From the NCBI RefSeq assembly GCF_009914755.1, contig NC_060936.1: a stretch of 64,000 nt of DNA; one strand, 5' to 3'. Numbering within the stretch: the stretch's first letter is position 1; the number at the start of each line of letters is the position of its first letter. Positions 54,553 through 64,000 of the stretch are shown piece after piece. Both the position numbers and the translations under genes were made by a program. A model generated the notes under the pieces. It saw nothing but the letters and a program-made list of their open reading frames with translations. It was not told where the DNA came from and searched no databases. Source of the stretch: the human T2T-CHM13v2.0 reference genome, Homo sapiens.

Positions 54553-55223
54553 TGATACAGGAGGTAGAAAGAAATTATTTAGGCAGATAGTGAGGGCAAC
54601 AGAGCTTCCCTTGGAAGAGCTTCCCTTCTAACAATAAGCAGCCCCCAAGTCATTTCTTTTCTAACAAAGAGCAGCCTGAAAAATAGAGCTGCAAACATAG
54701 ATAAGCAAGCTGGAAGCTTGCACGGGGGGATGCCAGCAGCTGTGTCAATAGAAAAGGGCTTACCTGAGGGCCAGGCATGCCCAACATGGAAGCTCCATCT
54801 TCCTTTTTTGTTACTACATGTACAGTAACAGAGAAATGGGCAACATGGTGCAGCGCAGGCAGAGAACCTGCCTGCATAATAAAAGATTCAGGTGGGGGCA
54901 GCCAGAAATTCACACCCTATGCAAATGGGATACCTACTCCTAACCAGTTTTTTGCACCCTATGCAAATGGCACACCTGGTTCAACCAGTCTTTTGCGCTC
55001 TATGTAAATCAGATACTGCCTCCTCACTAGCTCATCTATAAACCCCCCTGAATTTCACCATGGATCCAGCAACCCATTTCTCTGGGACCCCTCTCTGCAG
55101 CAGTGAGCTTTCTTTTGCCTATTAAACTTCACTCTTAATCTCACTCTTTGCATGTCTGTGTCCTTGTTCTTGGCCATTGGACAGCGAACATTGGGTGTTA
55201 CTCCAGACAGCAAGGCTGCTTCA
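54553..55223 (+). mobile_element. MER50-like ERV1 solo LTR nested in the MER4-group LTR
   Basis: tgatacaggaggtagaaagaaattatttaggcagatag...ggctgcttca; TSD CCTC 54549-54552 / 55224-55227. Confidence 0.75.
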
Positions 55224-55584
55224 CCTCTTTAGGCTGAAAGAATGTATACCTTTCATGTACAGATTTAAGATTTTACCTGCAGTTCCTGTGTCTCTAAAAT
55301 GTGTAAAACCAACATGGAACCTGACCACCTCAGGCACACTTTCGCAGGACCTCTTAAGACTGCTTCCTGGGCCATGATCACACGTATTGGCTCAGAATAA
55401 GCCTTTAAAAATATTTTAGAGTTTGTTGTTGGTGGTGGTGTTTTTGATCAACACTTCCCAGGGAAGATGGAGTGATTTACCTTGTTGACTATAGGATAAG
55501 GAACTGGGTGTTTGTATGTTGCTGAAGTCTTTCCTCCTCCCTTTTCTTTGTAGTGAGCCTTCATTATCAAAATTTAATAATGGG

Positions 55585-56001
<417 letters not shown>

Positions 56002-56084
56002 TTAGCTCACATTCTTCAAAATCAACTTTATTGGTAATAAAGGCATTACTTGATTCTATCTGCTTGCTTTTTTGCTTTGTCTCA

Positions 56085-56516
<432 letters not shown>

Positions 56517-56555
56517 CTAATATGACATTTTAAAGAGACTTTTTTTTTGGACTTT

Positions 56556-56950
56556 ATGGTTCTCAACATATATTTTGGACACCCTTAGGAGCCCCTAAGA
56601 ACCTACCAGGGGGTTCACGAAGCCAAAATTGCATTCAAATAATACTAAGACATGATTTACTTTTTCTGCTCTTGTTCTCTCATGAGTGTGCTAGGGAGTT
56701 TTCTGGAGACTACATGATTGCAACAGATCAAATGCAGAAGCAGATATGAGATTTCCACTTCTACTATAATAGAATAAGCCAGTCACTAAAGAGCTTTGTG
56801 AAAATGTAAAGCAATGCCACGTCTCACTAGTTGGGTTTTTTTTTTATTTTCCATTTGAAATAAGTACAAACCACATAAGCCAAAGATCTTTGGTGCCCTC
56901 AATAATTATTAAGACTATAAAGAGGTCCTGATACCAAAAAGTTTGAGAAT
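56556..56950. mobile_element. hAT-Charlie (Charlie1-like) internally deleted element
   Basis: Termini ggttctcaac...gtttgagaa; interior 'gcaacagatcaaatgcagaagcagatatgaga'. Confidence 0.6.
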
Positions 56951-57118
56951 GCCTACTGAGAGCCCTTGGAGGTTTTATAGCAGGGAGTTAACACAATTTA
57001 TACTAGATACCTAATTCTTTAAAAGTTACAAAGAATGGCATACCTAGTGTTGGCAAAGATGTAGGAAATTGGCATGTCTGTATTCCAGTGGTAGAAATAT
57101 GAATTGATACAGCCTTTA

Positions 57119-60289
<3,171 letters not shown>

Positions 60290-60292
<3 letters not shown>

Positions 60293-60476
60293 ATTAGCCA
60301 GTTGTGGTGGCACGTGCCTGTGGTCTCAGCTACTCAGGAGGCTAAGCGAGGAGGATTGCTTGAGCCGAGGAGGTTGAGGATGCAGTGAGCTGTGATCACA
60401 CCACTGCACTCCAGCCTGGGCAACAAAGTAAGACCCTGTCTCAAAAAATTAAAACCAAAAAAAAAAAAAAAAAAAA
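60290..60476 (+). mobile_element. AluJ right arm plus A tail
   Basis: aaattagccagttgtggtgg...gtaagaccctgtctcaaaa. Confidence 0.85.
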
Positions 60477-61685
<1,209 letters not shown>

Positions 61686-62488
61686 AAAAGTGCATACCCT
61701 TTGGCCCAGAATTTCCACTTGTACAATAAATACTATGAATACTTACTGTGGTATTGTTTATAATGATCAAAAAATAGAAAACAACTTAAATACCCATGTT
61801 TTAGGTTTTGCCTATTTTGGGAATCACTTCACTGCCTGGGCCAGACTGAGCCTTAATACATTTCATTATAATGAGATAGAGAGTTCTACATTTTAAGAGA
61901 CAGAGGCTGATCAAAGGATCTATACGCCTTTTATTCTCTATCAACTTCAGCACCCAAATAATATTTCAAACTCACCTGCACTGATTTCAGGCATCCTCCT
62001 GAAGGTAAAAGTCTTTAAAATCCAAAACTGATATTGTTCCCCCAAGGGCCCAGGAGACAGCAGTGATGGAGCAGTTTTTCATGGCCACACAGCTCGAAGT
62101 TTGCAGATTTGACTGGGTACCCTACCTGGGAAAATTGTAAGTCTACAGTAAAATTATTTTACATCTTCCTATTGCCATATTTGGGATAGAAAAATATGAG
62201 TTTTCCCAAAACTTATTATGAAGACATGTTTGTTTTTAAAAATCAATATGGTTTATAAACTATACAAACTTCAATAAAAGATTCACAGAAGTGGCTCATT
62301 TTTCAACAGGGCAATTGTAGATTTCTTAGTGTAAGAACACAATGACCTTTGACAATATTAGATTTGTTCCCAAACGAAGAAAAAAAATTGCATGGTCAGC
62401 ACTGCAATTTTCAAGCCCATTTGAGATTTCCCTAAGAATCCCCAGCAAGAGTCAATAATAAGGAATCAGGAATTGGTAAAAATTATGG

Positions 62489-63911
62489 TGAGAGGTGACA
62501 GCGTGCTGGCAGTCCTCACAGCCCTGGCTCGCTCTCGGCGCCTCCTCTGCCTGGGCTCCCACTTTGGTGGCACTTGAGGAGCCCTTCAGCCCACCGCCGC
62601 ACTGTGGGAGCCGCTTTCTGGGCTGGCCAAGGCCAGAGCCGGCTCCCTCAGCTTGCAGGGAGGAGTGGAGGGAGAGGCGTGAGCGGGAACCGGGGCTGCG
62701 CGCGGCGCTTGCGGGCCAGCTGGAGTTCCGGGTGGGCGGGGGTTTGGCGGGCCCCGCACTCGGAGCAGCCGGCCGGTCCTGCCGGCCCCGGGCAATGAGG
62801 GGCTTAGCACCCGGGCCAGGAGGGTGTACTGGGTTCCCCAGCAGTGCCAGCCCACCGGCGCTGCCCTCGGTTTCTCGCCGGGCCTTAGCTGCCTTCTCGC
62901 GGGGCAGGGCTCGGGACCTGCAGCCCGCCATGCCTGAGCCTCCCACCCGCTCCATGGGCTCATGTGCGGCCCGAGCCTCCCTGATGAGCACCGCCCCCTG
63001 CTCCACGGCGCCCAGTCCCATAGACCACCCAAGGGCTGAAGAGTGCGGGCGCAGGGCGCGGGACTGGCAGGCAGCTCCACCTGCAGCCCTGGTGCGGGAT
63101 CCACTGGGTGAAGCCAGCTGGGCTCCTGAGTCTGGCGGGGACCTGGAGAACCTTTATGTCTAGCCCAGGGATTGTAAGTACACCAATTGGCACTCTGTAT
63201 CTAGCTCAAGGTTTGTAAACACACCAATCAGCACCCTGTGTCTATCTCAGGGTTTGTGAATGCACCAATCCACACTCTGTGTCTAGCTACTCTGGTGGGG
63301 CCTTAGAGAACCTTTGTGTCCACATTCTGTATCTAGCTAATCTAAGTGGGGACGTGGAGAACCTTTGTGTCTAGCTCAGGGATTGTAAACGCACCAATCA
63401 GCGCCCTGTCAAAAGAGACCACTCGGCTCTACCAATCAGCAGGATGTGGGTGGGGCCAGAAAAGAGAATAAAAGCAGGCTGCCCGAGCTAGCAGTGGTAA
63501 CCCGCTCCGGTCCCCTTCCACAGTGTGGAAGGTTTGTTCTTTCGCTCTTTGCAATAAATCTTGCTGCTGCTCACTCCTTGGGTCCACACTGCTTTTATGA
63601 GCTGTAACACTCACTGGGAAAGTCTGCAGCTTCACTCCTGAAGCCAGCGAGACCACGAGCCCACCGGGAGAAACGAACAACTCCAGACGCGCCGCCTTAA
63701 GAGCTGTAACACTCACCGCGAAGGTCTGCAGCTTCACTCCTGAGCCAGCGAGACCACGAACCCACCACAAGGAAGAAACTCTGAACACATCCGAACATCA
63801 GGAGGAACAAACTCCAGACGCGCCACCTTAAGAGCTGTGACACTCACCTTGAGGGCCCACGGCTTCATTCTTGACATCAGTGAGACCAAGAACCCACCAA
63901 TTCCAGACACA
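62489..63911 (+). mobile_element. LTR12C (ERV9) solo LTR, 1423 bp
   Basis: tgagaggtgacagcgtgctggcag...gaacccaccaattccagacaca; CpG-rich 5' part, CCAAT-containing tandem repeats, U5 repeats; TSD ATGG 62485-62488 / 63912-63915. Confidence 0.95.
63183..63500 (+). promoter_or_regulatory. ERV9 LTR enhancer/promoter core: five CCAAT (NF-Y) boxes, GC box, AATAAAA TATA-like element
   Basis: CCAAT at 63183, 63224, 63265, 63394 and 63432; gggtggggc 63448-63456; aataaaa 63467-63473. Confidence 0.7.
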
Positions 63912-64000
63912 ATGGTATGTAAATACAATAGTCTTCTAGTAACCTCCAGAATGAGGATGTAGATATGATTTTATAGACTTGGTAAGAGGTTTACAATATG

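Larger units (their letters stand above)
53480..55453 (+). mobile_element. MER4-group (MER4D/E-like) ERV1 solo LTR split by two nested LTRs
   Basis: tgtaaaccaaaaataaaatcctaag...attggctcagaataa...tcaaca; TSD CTTCC 53475-53479 / 55454-55458. Confidence 0.8.

Noticed and set aside
62452-63193. Longest ORFs in the track (189, 222 and 172 aa)
   Set aside because: They lie essentially within the GC-rich LTR12C, where stop codons are rare, and overlap on both strands.
63596-63850. Repeated gagctgtaacactcac... units resembling a spaced array
   Set aside because: These are the standard U5 tandem repeats of LTR12.

Overview
Primate (human) genomic DNA. The species call rests on an AluYa5 element and typical Alu/L1PA/THE1/LTR12 content. 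The window holds the 3' end of DERA (deoxyribose-phosphate aldolase, + strand; from recall chr12p12.3). Bases 1-37814 are most of one very long intron. The last three coding exons are at 37815-37927, 41517-41666 and 41975-42031 (TAA). They encode the two catalytic lysines (K218 in DFIKTSTGK, K254 in GFKPAGGI) and are followed by a ~550-630 nt 3'UTR and ~21 kb of downstream intergenic DNA. The rest is mostly transposon fossils, many with readable target-site duplications (TSDs): a full THE1D provirus, an MSTB provirus with an antisense MST LTR nested in its 5' LTR, a near full-length L1MD, a three-LTR nest (MER4-group containing MSTA and MER50-like), an Alu/L1 compound insertion, a solo LTR12C and CR1/L3 RT remnants. 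I found no second protein-coding gene, RNA gene, CRISPR array or novel multi-gene system; nearly all listed ORFs are repeat-derived or chance. The best leads are regulatory or evolutionary: a sense THE1D LTR with an intact DUX4-type site, TATA and splice donor upstream of the DERA exons; an LTR12C that has lost its proximal GATA site; a 173-bp non-repeat local duplication; an apparent Alu-L1 chimera; a young AluYa5; and a close inverted Alu pair. Repeat subfamily names come from my recall of consensus sequences and need RepeatMasker/Dfam confirmation.
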